From NCBI GenBank assembly GCA_027298025.1, contig JAPUGV010000277.1:1-47759 (forward strand): a stretch of 47,759 nt of DNA, in the 5' to 3' direction. The notes beneath the pieces are model-generated. The model was not told the DNA's origin. It worked only from the letters and a program-made list of their open reading frames with translations, and ran no database searches. This DNA comes from Chloroflexota bacterium. GTDB lineage: Bacteria; Chloroflexota; Anaerolineae; Anaerolineales; E44-bin32. Below, piece after piece: positions 1 through 9,588 of the stretch. The position numbers and the translations under genes are program-made. Each line of letters begins with the position of its first letter. The first letter of the stretch is position 1.

Positions 1-314
1 GCCAGGAAGCGGTACCGATAAAGACGAGCGGCCTCCTCATAGGATTGCTTCCTACGGACGACCGGTCCCCGGCCAAGCTCAAAAGGAACCCCATACGCAC
101 TCGCAACCCGTCCCACAAATTCGGCCTCCTCCTCGCTCTCCGCTCTGAGTTGATGGTCGAAATGCGCCACAATGATCCGATAATTTAGGCGGATTAGGCA
201 ATCCAGGAGGCAGAGGCTGTCCGGGCCCCCCGATACACCCACAACAAGGCTCTGCCCGGGCTCCAACAGGCCCTCACGATCGATATAGCTTGCTACTTGC
301 TCCCTTAGCTGCAT
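1..314 (-). CDS. tilS: tRNA(Ile)-lysidine synthetase, N-terminal part (runs off window start)
   Basis: Not in ORF track. Manual translation from ATG 314: MQLREQVASYIDREGLLEPGQSLVVGVSGGPDSLCLL...VAHFDHQLRAES...YEEAARLYRYRFL; PP-loop SGGxDS, HxDHQLR and ExxARxxRY motifs. Confidence 0.95.
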   Translation of the reverse strand, partial: MQLREQVASYIDREGLLEPGQSLVVGVSGGPDSLCLLDCLIRLNYRIIVAHFDHQLRAESEEEAEFVGRVASAYGVPFELGRGPVVRRKQSYEEAARLYRYRFL

Positions 315-324
315 CTAATCTGAC

Positions 325-330
325 ATTATA
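325..330 (-). promoter_or_regulatory. -10 box TATAAT for tilS (very short leader)
   Basis: Perfect TATAAT 10 nt upstream of the ATG at 314; no Shine-Dalgarno (SD) in between. Confidence 0.6.
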
Positions 331-413
331 CTTAGCACCCTAACCTCGCAGCCGTTGACGCAGTGGCGTCGCCGCCAAATTAACCTAACATAAGCACTTG
401 GAAGGCACCCGCA

Positions 414-422
414 TGGTATAAT
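414..422 (+). promoter_or_regulatory. extended -10 promoter TGgTATAAT of the mre operon
   Basis: TGnTATAAT upstream of GGAGG (449-453) and GTG 463. Confidence 0.7.
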
Positions 423-462
423 GCCGCTCGCCCTCCAGACGGCCCCTTGGAGGTCTCCACCC

Positions 463-1521
463 GTGGCAATCAATCCTCTCAACTGGCTTCTCGGCCTCTT
501 CTCCCTAGACATAGGCATCGATCTGGGAACGGCTAATACACTCGTCCATGTGCGAGGCAAGGGCATCGTTTTGAATGAACCCTCCTGGGTAGTTATTGAG
601 AAGAGGACGAAGCAGCCCATCTTTATCGGAGCCGAGGCCAAGGAGATGGTCGGTCGCACACCCGCCAATATTGTGGCATTACGGCCGCTGCGTGACGGCG
701 TCATCTCGGATTTCGACATCACAGAGGCGATGCTGGAGTACTTCATCGGGAAGGCGCATGAACAGAGCGTGGCGCCTGTCCCGCGACCCAGGGTCGTGAT
801 TGGAATTCCCAGCGGCGCCACAGAGGTTGAGAAGCGGGCTGTTTTCGACGCGACCATGGCTGCGGGCGCGCGCGAGACCTACTTGATCGAGGAGCCTACC
901 GCAGCTGCCCTTGGCGCCGACTTGCCCATCGGGGAGATCGGGGGCTCGATGATCGTCGACATTGGCGGCGGGACGACCGAGGTTGCGGTCCACTCGCTGG
1001 GTGGAATTGTGGTCTCAAGATCGCTGCGAGTGGCAGGCGATGAAATGGATCAGGATATCATTTCGTACGTCCGGAACAAATACAATCTGCTCATCGGCGA
1101 GCGCATGGCCGAGCGCGCGAAACTTTCGCTTGGATCAGCCTTCCCAACAAAAGACGAACAGACCATTACATTGCGGGGTCGAAATCTCGTGAGCAGACTA
1201 CCAGAGGCCGTCGAAGTCTCGTCCATTGAAATCCGTGAAGCTCTTTCCGGTTCAGTGAAAGTCATTATTGAGACTTTACGAGATGCCATTGACGAGATCC
1301 CACCGGAAATTATTGCGGACCTCATGGAAGTTGGCGTTTGTCTTGCGGGAGGCGGTTCCCAGCTCAAGGGGCTCGATGAGCGGGTCAGCAACGAATTGAA
1401 CATGCGAGCCTGGGTAGCCGAGGATCCCATGACCTGCGTTGTAAGGGGAGCGGGTCTGATTCTCGACAATCTGGAAGTAAACAGTCAGTTCCTCATCAGT
1501 ACGGATCGGACCCCCGTCTGA
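463..1521 (+). CDS. mreB: rod shape-determining protein MreB
   Basis: IGIDLGTANT, RPLRDGVI, IEEPTAAA and DIGGGTT actin-like motifs; start set at GTG 463 behind GGAGG (ORF-track ATG 421 overlaps the -10 box). Confidence 0.97.
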   Translation: MAINPLNWLLGLFSLDIGIDLGTANTLVHVRGKGIVLNEPSWVVIEKRTKQPIFIGAEAKEMVGRTPANIVALRPLRDGVISDFDITEAMLEYFIGKAHEQSVAPVPRPRVVIGIPSGATEVEKRAVFDATMAAGARETYLIEEPTAAALGADLPIGEIGGSMIVDIGGGTTEVAVHSLGGIVVSRSLRVAGDEMDQDIISYVRNKYNLLIGERMAERAKLSLGSAFPTKDEQTITLRGRNLVSRLPEAVEVSSIEIREALSGSVKVIIETLRDAIDEIPPEIIADLMEVGVCLAGGGSQLKGLDERVSNELNMRAWVAEDPMTCVVRGAGLILDNLEVNSQFLISTDRTPV

Positions 1522-1539
1522 TCCAACCGAAACTCCACG

Positions 1540-2367
1540 ATGCTGTCCCAGTTCTCCTCCAAAACTTTATTGGCGAGCGCCCTGGTGCTCCTGTCAGGCG
1601 CGCTCTTGATCCTGAACCTTGGGGGGTATCTTGGGCCGGCCCAGGATGTGATCCTCCCGCCGCTAGCCACGGCGCAGGATTGGGTGTCTAAGCGGTTCTT
1701 TACTATTCGCGATCTGGTTACTTCGCCGCGTGACGTGGCTGCGCTTCAATTCCGGATCAGCGAGCTCGAAGCAGAAAGCGCTCAGCTTCAGGACCGGATC
1801 ATCGCACTCCAAGAGCAGGCGGCAGAGGCTGAGGTATTGGGCGCGCTGCTTAATTACGCCCGCACTCGACCCGAGAGCCGCTACCTTTCAACAAACGTGA
1901 TCGGGCTGGACCCAAGCCCATTTATCCGCTCCATCAACATTGGGGCGGGTTCAGATCGAGGCGTCCTGCACGGAATGCCGGTTCTGACCGACGAAGGGCT
2001 CGTCGGGCGCGTCACCGAAGTCACGGCCGCCACCTCACGAGTCCAGCTGATCACAGATCCCGCCTCTGCAGTCAATGTGCAGCTCCAGGGATCTAGAGCG
2101 GACGGGCTGCTGGCAGCCCAGCCTAACGGTGAACTCTGGGTGGAGCTAATTGACCAGAACGCCAACGTTGAGCCGGGCGAGCTCGTTCTCACCTCGGGCC
2201 TCGGAGGGGCATTCCCGGCGGATATTCCGGTGGGGCATGTGGTCAGCGTGCGGCGGAGGGACTTTGAGCTCTTTCAGCGGGCGGTGATCCAGCCTACGGT
2301 CAACTTTGATGAACTGGAGATAGTACTGCTGGTGACGAATTTCAAGCTGCTTGAGATCGCTCCTTGA
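1540..2367 (+). CDS. mreC: rod shape-determining protein MreC
   Basis: N-terminal TM helix, coiled coil, GLVGRV and VLTSGLGGAFPADIPVG motifs; follows mreB. Confidence 0.95.
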   Translation: MLSQFSSKTLLASALVLLSGALLILNLGGYLGPAQDVILPPLATAQDWVSKRFFTIRDLVTSPRDVAALQFRISELEAESAQLQDRIIALQEQAAEAEVLGALLNYARTRPESRYLSTNVIGLDPSPFIRSINIGAGSDRGVLHGMPVLTDEGLVGRVTEVTAATSRVQLITDPASAVNVQLQGSRADGLLAAQPNGELWVELIDQNANVEPGELVLTSGLGGAFPADIPVGHVVSVRRRDFELFQRAVIQPTVNFDELEIVLLVTNFKLLEIAP

Positions 2368-2864
2368 CCTACCTTATTGGGTTACCCACCATCGCGCTGC
2401 TGGCCATCCTGCAGACCAGTCTGGTTAGCCACTTACGCCTACTCGAGGGACGTCCCGACTTGGTATTGTTGGCGGTAGTGGCCTGGGCACTAACGGGCAG
2501 AGGTCATGAAGCGATGATTCTGGGATTCGCGGGTGGCCTGTTTCTGGATGCCTTTTCGGCGGTGCCTCTCGGCGTGAGTTCGACCGCACTGGTGATCGTA
2601 GCCGCCATCGCCTCCTACTCCGAAGGTCAATTCTGGGGAATCAACCCCATCATGCAATTGGCGGCAGTCCTAGTGGGCTCAGTGGCCTATTATTCGGCTA
2701 TCATTTTTGCCCTGGTTGCCACAGGTCAGCCGCTAGATCTGCAGCTAGCATTCGGACGCGTCGTGCTTCCTGGCGTGTTCGTAAATTTGGTTTTAGCGCT
2801 CCCGACCGTGCAGCTGGCGGGAGGTCTGTACAATTTGCTGCATCCGCCTCGGGTTACGGCATGA
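2364..2864 (+). CDS. mreD: rod shape-determining protein MreD
   Basis: Hydrophobic 166 aa, PDLVL and GLFLD motifs; TTGA overlap with mreC. Confidence 0.9.
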   Translation: MTYLIGLPTIALLAILQTSLVSHLRLLEGRPDLVLLAVVAWALTGRGHEAMILGFAGGLFLDAFSAVPLGVSSTALVIVAAIASYSEGQFWGINPIMQLAAVLVGSVAYYSAIIFALVATGQPLDLQLAFGRVVLPGVFVNLVLALPTVQLAGGLYNLLHPPRVTA

Positions 2865-4933
2865 TTCATGCTTGGAGACTGCGTGCCACGATTGCTGCCA
2901 TGGGCCTCCTGTTGGCCGTATTTATCGGCCGGCTGTTCAGCTTGCAGATCCTGCAAGGCGAGCTCTATTCGAACCTGGCAGACGACAACCGCTTCGACCG
3001 GGTAAGCCTTCCTGCTCCACGAGGGGTGATTTACGACTCAAACGGCTCTCTACTGGTGCGAAACCTTCCCGCCTTCAACATATACGTGACCCCTGCCCTG
3101 TTGCCCGATTCGGAAGCCGAGATTGAAGCGATATATATAAAGTTAGCCGACCTAACCGGCGTTCCGCTTGATCAGCCGGGGCCACCTGCAGCCCCTTGTG
3201 TCGGCGGTCGTGGAATCCGACAGCTCGTTGAGGAGGGCGCCACGAACCGACCCTTCGATGCCTGGCCTGTGGCATGTGATATTGACGAAACCACGGCGCG
3301 GGTGTTGCGGCAGCAGCAGATCGACATGCCGGGGGTTAGCGTCGAGGCCGTCCCCGTGCGCGAGTATCCCACTGGCAATCTAACCTCCGCCGTCATCGGA
3401 TATCTTGGGCCTATTCCCGCCGCGCAAGTCGATTTCTGGGAAAGCTTAGGCTTTCTGGCAGATCGAGATAAGGTCGGATATGGAGGTGTAGAACTCAACT
3501 ACCAGGACATTCTGGCCGGCCAAAACGGGCTCAAGCTAGTCGAGAAGGACGTGGCCGGCTCGCTACTAGCCGAGGTTGGGCCGGGCAATTCAGCCGTTCC
3601 AGGCAACAATTTGAAGCTGACTATCGACACCCGACTGCAGGCGATCACCGCCTCCGCCCTCGAGAATCGGATGGAGTTCCTCAATAGATTTGCGGGTGAA
3701 GTTCGGACCACGATTGGATCCGTAATCGCCATGAACCCACAAACCGGCGAGATCCTGGCGATGGTTTCGATTCCATCGTATGAAAATAATCGATTGGCGC
3801 GTTTCATCCCACAGTATTACTTCCGCCAGCTCTCCGAGGACGCCTCCCGGCCACTCATCAATCATGCGATCTCTTCGGAATTTCCACCCGGATCATCGTT
3901 CAAGATGGTGACTGCCGTGGGCGCGCTAAATGAGGGGGTCATCGATCCAAAGCAGACTCTATTTGATCCCGGTCAGATCACCATCCAGAACGCGTACTTT
4001 CCCAACGATCCGGGGCAGGCCAAGGAATTCGTTTGCTGGAAAGAGGACGGTCATGGGCAGGTGGATTTTATTCACGGCATCGCCTGGTCCTGCAATGTCT
4101 ACTTTTACAAGATTGGCGGAGGGTTTGAAGACGAAGTCTCCGGCAAGGGTCTCGGAATCGATGACCTAGGCGTGTATGCGCGTGCGCTCGGCTACGGCGC
4201 ACCGCTGGGCATCGATCTGCCCGGGGAGGAGGACGGCCTCATTCCCACCGAAGAGTGGAAGCGACTTAACCTCGGGGAGAGCTGGTCCACCGGAGATACG
4301 TATATCTCCGCTGTCGGCCAGGGCTTCGTTCGCGGGACACCGCTGCAGGTGCTTACTTCCGTCTCCACCATTGCTAACGGCGGCCGCGTCATGTGGCCGC
4401 ACGTGGTTCAAGAAGTCCTGGATGGTGAAGGAAACGTTGTGCATCGATACGAGCCATGCGTGTTATGGGATATCGCTGATGGCATACTCATGGAAGACAC
4501 AAGTGAAATCGCGGCGGGTTGCGATAGCCTCGATCCTGAGTTGCGCGAGAACATCATCGCCGGTCATACCGTGTCACCGGACATCACCGTCGCTCCTGGT
4601 GTTCTCGAACTGGCCCGAGAAGGGATGCGACTGGTCGTTGAAGATGAAGAGGGCACTGCAAACCCATACGCGTTGCTGGATGGCATCTCTTCTGGGGGAA
4701 AGACAGGCACGGGCGAGTTCTGCGACGAAACTGCCTTCTCTAGAAACCTCTGCGTGCCTGGCAACTGGCCGACACATTCCTGGTACACCGCCTTTGCACC
4801 CTATGAGAATCCGGAGATTGCGGTCGTAGCCTTCGTGTACAACGGCGGGGAAGGCGCGGTCACTGCGGGACCCATCGTCAAGCAGGTGATCGAGGCCTAC
4901 TTCGAACTGAAGGCCATCGATGCCGCCCGATAG
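2861..4933 (+). CDS. mrdA: penicillin-binding protein 2 (class B transpeptidase)
   Basis: APRGxIYD, REYP, GLE-like GVE, SxxK (GSSFK), SxN (SCN), KTG (GKTGT); ATGA overlap with mreD. Confidence 0.95.
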   Translation: MIHAWRLRATIAAMGLLLAVFIGRLFSLQILQGELYSNLADDNRFDRVSLPAPRGVIYDSNGSLLVRNLPAFNIYVTPALLPDSEAEIEAIYIKLADLTGVPLDQPGPPAAPCVGGRGIRQLVEEGATNRPFDAWPVACDIDETTARVLRQQQIDMPGVSVEAVPVREYPTGNLTSAVIGYLGPIPAAQVDFWESLGFLADRDKVGYGGVELNYQDILAGQNGLKLVEKDVAGSLLAEVGPGNSAVPGNNLKLTIDTRLQAITASALENRMEFLNRFAGEVRTTIGSVIAMNPQTGEILAMVSIPSYENNRLARFIPQYYFRQLSEDASRPLINHAISSEFPPGSSFKMVTAVGALNEGVIDPKQTLFDPGQITIQNAYFPNDPGQAKEFVCWKEDGHGQVDFIHGIAWSCNVYFYKIGGGFEDEVSGKGLGIDDLGVYARALGYGAPLGIDLPGEEDGLIPTEEWKRLNLGESWSTGDTYISAVGQGFVRGTPLQVLTSVSTIANGGRVMWPHVVQEVLDGEGNVVHRYEPCVLWDIADGILMEDTSEIAAGCDSLDPELRENIIAGHTVSPDITVAPGVLELAREGMRLVVEDEEGTANPYALLDGISSGGKTGTGEFCDETAFSRNLCVPGNWPTHSWYTAFAPYENPEIAVVAFVYNGGEGAVTAGPIVKQVIEAYFELKAIDAAR

Positions 4934-5026
4934 TTCCCCAATTCGGTTCGAAATCCAAGTCGTTCCGGAGCCGCACGGCACTGCCTAGGATCCGAAGGCA
5001 ACCCGCTAGCCCCCATTTCATCTCAG

Positions 5027-5035
5027 TGCTATACT
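5027..5035 (+). promoter_or_regulatory. extended -10 TGcTATACT, internal promoter for minCDE-rodA
   Basis: TGnTATACT 17 nt before ATG 5053, in the only sizeable gap of the cluster. Confidence 0.6.
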
Positions 5036-5052
5036 CTCCGCCCGATTGCCCT

Positions 5053-5730
5053 ATGAGTATCCCGCTCTCAATGAAGGGTATCGGCGACGGCCTGCTGGTT
5101 ACGGTTCCAGAAGGTACTTGGAGCGTCGTTCGGCCCTCCCTCCTCCAAGCAATTGACGAACGATCCGACTTCTTCCGCGGCGCATACGTCGCCTTGCAGA
5201 TGGCGAATCGGTCCCTCAACGCCGCCGCGCTGGGTGGGCTCAGGGACGAGCTAAGTGAAAGGGAGATCGTACTAACTGCGATTTTGACGACCTCCAAACA
5301 AACGCGGGTGGCAGGCGCCGACCTGGGTCTGGCCCTCGAAATACCGCGGCCCAACATTGATCAGGATTTCGAGTTGGATCCTATCGAGTCTGATCTTGAA
5401 GGCGATGAGGCGGTGCTGCTTCATCGCACATTGCGTTCAGGCCATTCGATCCGTCACCCAGGTCATGTCGTTGTTATCGGAGACGTCAATCCCGGCGCGG
5501 AGGTCGTGGCGGGTGGAAACGTGGTGGTCTGGGGTCGAGTACGGGGCGTGGTGCACGCCGGCGCAACGGGGAACACAAAGGCCGTCGTCTGCGCCTTGGA
5601 TCTCGCGCCAACTCAGCTCCGGATAGCAGCACAGATCAGTATCTCGCCGGAAAGAAAAGGGAAACCACGTCCCGAGATGGCGATGCTGAAGAACGGACAA
5701 TTCGTGGCCGAGGGTTGGGAGCACAATTGA
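5053..5730 (+). CDS. minC: septum site-determining protein MinC
   Basis: TLRSG, GDVNPGAEVVAGGNVVVWG and RGVVHAGATG beta-helix motifs; start moved to ATG 5053. Confidence 0.93.
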   Translation: MSIPLSMKGIGDGLLVTVPEGTWSVVRPSLLQAIDERSDFFRGAYVALQMANRSLNAAALGGLRDELSEREIVLTAILTTSKQTRVAGADLGLALEIPRPNIDQDFELDPIESDLEGDEAVLLHRTLRSGHSIRHPGHVVVIGDVNPGAEVVAGGNVVVWGRVRGVVHAGATGNTKAVVCALDLAPTQLRIAAQISISPERKGKPRPEMAMLKNGQFVAEGWEHN

Positions 5731-5743
5731 GAAGGAGGGAGTC

Positions 5744-6553
5744 TTGAGTGCAACCGTAGTGACCGTCACTTCTGGGAAGGGTGGTGTCGGCAAGACAACG
5801 GCTACCGCCAACCTTGGAACGGCCCTGGCCGAATTTGGCCAGCGCGTCGTGTGTATTGATGCAGATATCGGATTGAGAAACTTAGATGTCGTGATGGGCC
5901 TGGAGAATCGGGTCGTCTATGATCTAGTGGACGTGATCGAGGGCCGATGCAATCTCCGCCAGGCGATGATCAAGGACAAGCGGCTTAAGGATCTCTACAT
6001 GATCCCCGCCGCTCAGACACGGGACAAGACCGCTGTTTCCCCGGATGACATGATTCGTATTGCAGATGAGCTTCGGCCAAAGCATGACTGGATCTTGATC
6101 GATTCTCCAGCGGGCATCGAACGCGGCTTTCGTAACGCGCTAGCACCCGCCGACCTCATCTTAATTGTGACCAATCCGGAGGTTTCGGCAGTCCGAGATG
6201 CCGATCGCATCATCGGTATGACAGAAGCCGAGGGGAAAGAGGAACCAAAGCTAATCCTCAATCGAGTGAGGCCGGAGATGGTCCGGCGTGGCGAAATGCT
6301 GAGGGCCGAGGACGTTTTGGAGATCCTTGCCATTGATCTTATCGGGGTCGTGCCCGAGGACGAGGGCGTTCTGAAGGCTTCCAATCATGGTATCCCCATC
6401 GCCCTCAATGGGCGCAGCAAGGCCGGCCGCGCGTTTCGTGCGATTGCCTCACGCTTGATGGGTGATGAGTTACCGCTCGAAGATTTTGAAGCAGAAGGGG
6501 GTCTCTTCAATCGCCTCACTCGCATGGTCAAGACTGGGGGGCAGCCCGCATGA
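5744..6553 (+). CDS. minD: septum site-determining ATPase MinD
   Basis: Deviant Walker A GKGGVGKTT, DIGLRNLD, DSPAGIE, C-terminal amphipathic GLFNRL; SD AGGAGG. Confidence 0.97.
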   Translation: MSATVVTVTSGKGGVGKTTATANLGTALAEFGQRVVCIDADIGLRNLDVVMGLENRVVYDLVDVIEGRCNLRQAMIKDKRLKDLYMIPAAQTRDKTAVSPDDMIRIADELRPKHDWILIDSPAGIERGFRNALAPADLILIVTNPEVSAVRDADRIIGMTEAEGKEEPKLILNRVRPEMVRRGEMLRAEDVLEILAIDLIGVVPEDEGVLKASNHGIPIALNGRSKAGRAFRAIASRLMGDELPLEDFEAEGGLFNRLTRMVKTGGQPA

Positions 6554-6810
6554 TCATCGACTGGCTGCGCACCCGGAGAGGGGGTTCCGCCAGGACGGCC
6601 AAGAAGCGGCTACAATTCGTTCTGGTAAACGACAGAGCAGGGCTCTCTCCTGCTAAAATCGAGGCAATGAAGGACGATCTTATCGCTGCGATCTCCCGAC
6701 ACGTGGATATTGATTCCAAGAGAGTCAAGATCTCCCTGACGAACGATCGCAAGAAGCAGCGGCTTGTCGCAGACATCCCACTTGCCACGCGACGACCGCA
6801 CGCCCACTAG
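6550..6810 (+). CDS. minE: topological specificity factor MinE
   Basis: SAxxAKxRLQxVLxxDR signature and LVADIP; ATGA overlap with minD. Confidence 0.92.
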   Translation: MIIDWLRTRRGGSARTAKKRLQFVLVNDRAGLSPAKIEAMKDDLIAAISRHVDIDSKRVKISLTNDRKKQRLVADIPLATRRPHAH

Positions 6811-6814
6811 CTGA

Positions 6815-7975
6815 ATGCAGGCTTCGGCAAAAATCTGGCGTCATTTTGACGTCTGGCTTTTGGCGACCGTTGCTCTTCTGACGATCGCGGGGGTGGCCAT
6901 GATCCGCTCCGCCATCGCCAACAATCCCGAGTTGGTTGAGCTCAATGTTGTGGGAAGACAGGCCATCTTCGGCCTCGTTAGCCTGGTGCTTTTATTGGCG
7001 ACGGCTGCCATCGATTACCGCTTATGGTCGGCCCTCTCGCGACCGATCTACGTTTTCAACTTGCTCTTTCTGGCACTTATTCCAATCGCGGGTGTAGTCG
7101 GCTTTGGCTCTGCTCGCTGGTTTCAGCTCGCCACTGTAACTATCCAGCCCTCGGAGCTGGCTAAGATTCTGATGATCATTGTGCTGGCTAACTTTCTGGC
7201 CCGCAACCGGGACCGCATCCACGAGCTACGCACGATTCTGAGGAGTTTCGCCCTCGTTGCTGTGCCAGCTGCTTTAATCCTCATCCAGCCTGATCTCAGC
7301 ACTGCGATCGTGCTGCTCGTCATCTGGCTGGCTTTAGTGTGGGCGGCCGGCGCGCGCATGTCAAAGCTGGCGATCTTGGTGGCAGTGGTGCTTCTAGTAG
7401 CGATCGTGCTGACCCCGCTGCTGGTCAATTACATCGTCCAGGGCTATCCGGCAGGTGAGGATTTCTTCTTCTTGCGGAACTACCAGATGACACGTTTGGT
7501 TAATTTTATTTTTCCTAACCCGGAGGAGAGCTTTGGCGCCACCTATAACGTTGAGCAGGCACTGATCAGTATTGGATCAGGAGGTTTGCTCGGGCAGGGC
7601 TATGGAAGTGGAACCCAAGTTCAGCTGCGCTTCCTCAAGGTTCGCCACACGGACTTCATCTTCTCGTCCATGTCGCAGGAATTTGGCTTCATTGGTGCCA
7701 CGATCTTCCTGCTTCTGATCATGTTCGTTATCTATCGTTGCCTACGGGCAGCTCGCATGGCGCGCGATGGATTTGGCTCCCTGATTTGCTACGGAGTGGC
7801 GATTCTGCTGTTGTTTCAGGCTTCCTTCAATGTTGGAATGAACCTCAACCTGCTTCCCGTATCTGGGTTGCCGTTGCCTTTCTTATCCCAAGGCGGGTCA
7901 TCCCTGCTGACCATACTGCTAGGGATCGGCCTTGTTGAGAGCGTGATGCTGCGTCACAAGCGCATTGAGCTCTAA
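6815..7975 (+). CDS. rodA: SEDS glycosyltransferase RodA
   Basis: ARW, IQPSELAK, QPDL, HTDFIF and GLPLPFLSQGGSS motifs; in mre/mrd cluster. Confidence 0.93.
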   Translation: MQASAKIWRHFDVWLLATVALLTIAGVAMIRSAIANNPELVELNVVGRQAIFGLVSLVLLLATAAIDYRLWSALSRPIYVFNLLFLALIPIAGVVGFGSARWFQLATVTIQPSELAKILMIIVLANFLARNRDRIHELRTILRSFALVAVPAALILIQPDLSTAIVLLVIWLALVWAAGARMSKLAILVAVVLLVAIVLTPLLVNYIVQGYPAGEDFFFLRNYQMTRLVNFIFPNPEESFGATYNVEQALISIGSGGLLGQGYGSGTQVQLRFLKVRHTDFIFSSMSQEFGFIGATIFLLLIMFVIYRCLRAARMARDGFGSLICYGVAILLLFQASFNVGMNLNLLPVSGLPLPFLSQGGSSLLTILLGIGLVESVMLRHKRIEL

Positions 7976-7997
7976 TGCCGGCACCTTACCCGCCCGA

Positions 7998-9473
7998 GTG
8001 AATTCGCCAGCCCGCGTTCGTTTTGCCCCCTCCCCGACAGGGCGTCTCCATATCGGCGGCGCACGCACTGCGCTGTACGACTATCTCCTTGCGCGGCAGA
8101 CCGAAGGTGCGTTCGTAATTCGCATCGAGGACACGGATCGCAAACGATACGTGCAAGGTGCCGAGGAGGAGATTTACAAGGCCCTATCTTGGCTTGGTAT
8201 GGAATGGAACGAGGGACCGGACGTTGGCGGGCCTTTTGCCCCGTATCGGCAGTCAGAACGAACCGACATCTATCTTGAGCACGCCGAGCAGCTTGTGGAA
8301 TCGGGCCACGCCTACTACTGTTTCTGCACCACCGAGAGGCTGGCTACGGTCCGAAAGGAGCAGCAGGCGAGAAAGGAAGCGCCCCGGTATGACGGGCTAT
8401 GCCGGCGGCTCAACTCCGACGAAGCGCATAACCGGAAGCACGCCGGCGAAGCCCATGTGATCCGGTTTAAGACACCGCGACAGGGAAAAACCACGAGTGT
8501 AGACGAGATTCGAGGGGAAATCACCGTGGAGAACGCTACCCTGGATGACTACATCCTTTTAAAATCCGATGGCCTTCCGGTTTACCACCTGGCGGCCATG
8601 GTAGATGATCATTTGATGGAGATCACACACGTTTTGCGTACGTCGGAGTGGCTACCGACGTTCCCTCTGCATGTGTTGATCTATAAAGCCTTCGGTTGGG
8701 AGCAGCCCGCCTGGGTACACATGTCGGTGCTGCTGAATCCTTCGGGCAAAGGCAAGTTGAGTAAGCGACACGGCTCTGGGGGAGCGCACGCCGTCTACCC
8801 GCTCGAACTCAAAGAGTCGGGATATGTGCCGGAGGCGGTGGTAAATTGGCTCTCCCTCATGGGCTGGTCCTACGACGATCGGACTGAGTTCTTCATTATG
8901 CCGGATCTCATCGGAAAGTTCTCTTTGGCGAAATTGAACCCCAGCCCGGCCGCGGTCAACTTCAGCAAACTGGATCACTTCAATGGACTGCATATCCGCT
9001 CGCTAAAGCAAGAGGATTTAGCGAGCAGGCTGGTGCCCCGCTTCCGTGCTGCGGATTTAGAAGTGACGGAGGACGAACTGCGGCCGATTACGCCTCTGAT
9101 ACAGGAGCGAATTCGTACCCTAGATGAAGCAGTCGAGATGTCGGGATTCTTTTTCCGAAATACGGTCCAGCCCGATCCACAGCAGTTGATTGGAAAAAAC
9201 ATGTCCCCGGTTGAATCGGCGGCCGCATTGAGTCGGTCCATAGACCTTATACAGGGTTTTGAGCGATTGGCCGCTGAGTCCCTTGAGCTTGCATTGCGCG
9301 GCCTGGCAGATGACCTGGATCTCAAGGTGGGTCAACTCTTCGGCATTCTGCGGGTGGCCGTGACGGGGCAGCGCGTGAGCCCTCCGTTGATTGAAACCAT
9401 GGAGATCCTGGGTAAGGAACTGATTCTCCAACGTCTGAACCGCGCCGCTGAGCTGCTCGAATCTCCTGAATAA
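7998..9473 (+). CDS. gltX: glutamate--tRNA ligase
   Basis: RFAPSPTG, HIGG, RIEDTD, YYCFCT and KLSKR; start either GTG 7998 or TTG 7965. Confidence 0.97.
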   Translation: MNSPARVRFAPSPTGRLHIGGARTALYDYLLARQTEGAFVIRIEDTDRKRYVQGAEEEIYKALSWLGMEWNEGPDVGGPFAPYRQSERTDIYLEHAEQLVESGHAYYCFCTTERLATVRKEQQARKEAPRYDGLCRRLNSDEAHNRKHAGEAHVIRFKTPRQGKTTSVDEIRGEITVENATLDDYILLKSDGLPVYHLAAMVDDHLMEITHVLRTSEWLPTFPLHVLIYKAFGWEQPAWVHMSVLLNPSGKGKLSKRHGSGGAHAVYPLELKESGYVPEAVVNWLSLMGWSYDDRTEFFIMPDLIGKFSLAKLNPSPAAVNFSKLDHFNGLHIRSLKQEDLASRLVPRFRAADLEVTEDELRPITPLIQERIRTLDEAVEMSGFFFRNTVQPDPQQLIGKNMSPVESAAALSRSIDLIQGFERLAAESLELALRGLADDLDLKVGQLFGILRVAVTGQRVSPPLIETMEILGKELILQRLNRAAELLESPE

Positions 9474-9480
9474 GCCCCTA

Positions 9481-9489
9481 TGATAGAAT
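9481..9489 (+). promoter_or_regulatory. extended -10 TGaTAGAAT for tRNA-Gln/prfB
   Basis: TGnTAGAAT 12 nt before the tRNA 5' end. Confidence 0.6.
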
Positions 9490-9501
9490 GGCCGCGTTCC
9501 C

Positions 9502-9572
9502 TGGGGGTTGGTCTAGTGGTAGGACAGCGGGCTCTGGATCCGTTAGCCGAGGTTCGAATCCTCGACCCCCAG
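9502..9572 (+). tRNA. tRNA-Gln, anticodon CTG
   Basis: Acceptor stem TGGGGGT/ACCCCCA, D-loop TAGTGGTA, anticodon arm GCGGG-CTCTGGA-TCCGT, T-arm CGAGG-TTCGAAT-CCTCG; followed by CCT, so CCA is not fully encoded. Confidence 0.96.
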
Positions 9573-9588
9573 CCTAACTAAAGAATTT

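Noticed and set aside
4934-5026. Intergenic region with small TGCCT/AGGCA hairpin as possible ncRNA
   Set aside because: Stem only 5 bp; no recognisable riboswitch or tRNA features.
9502-9574. tRNA as an integration site for a mobile element
   Set aside because: No integrase and no duplicated tRNA 3' end noticed; flanks are core genes.
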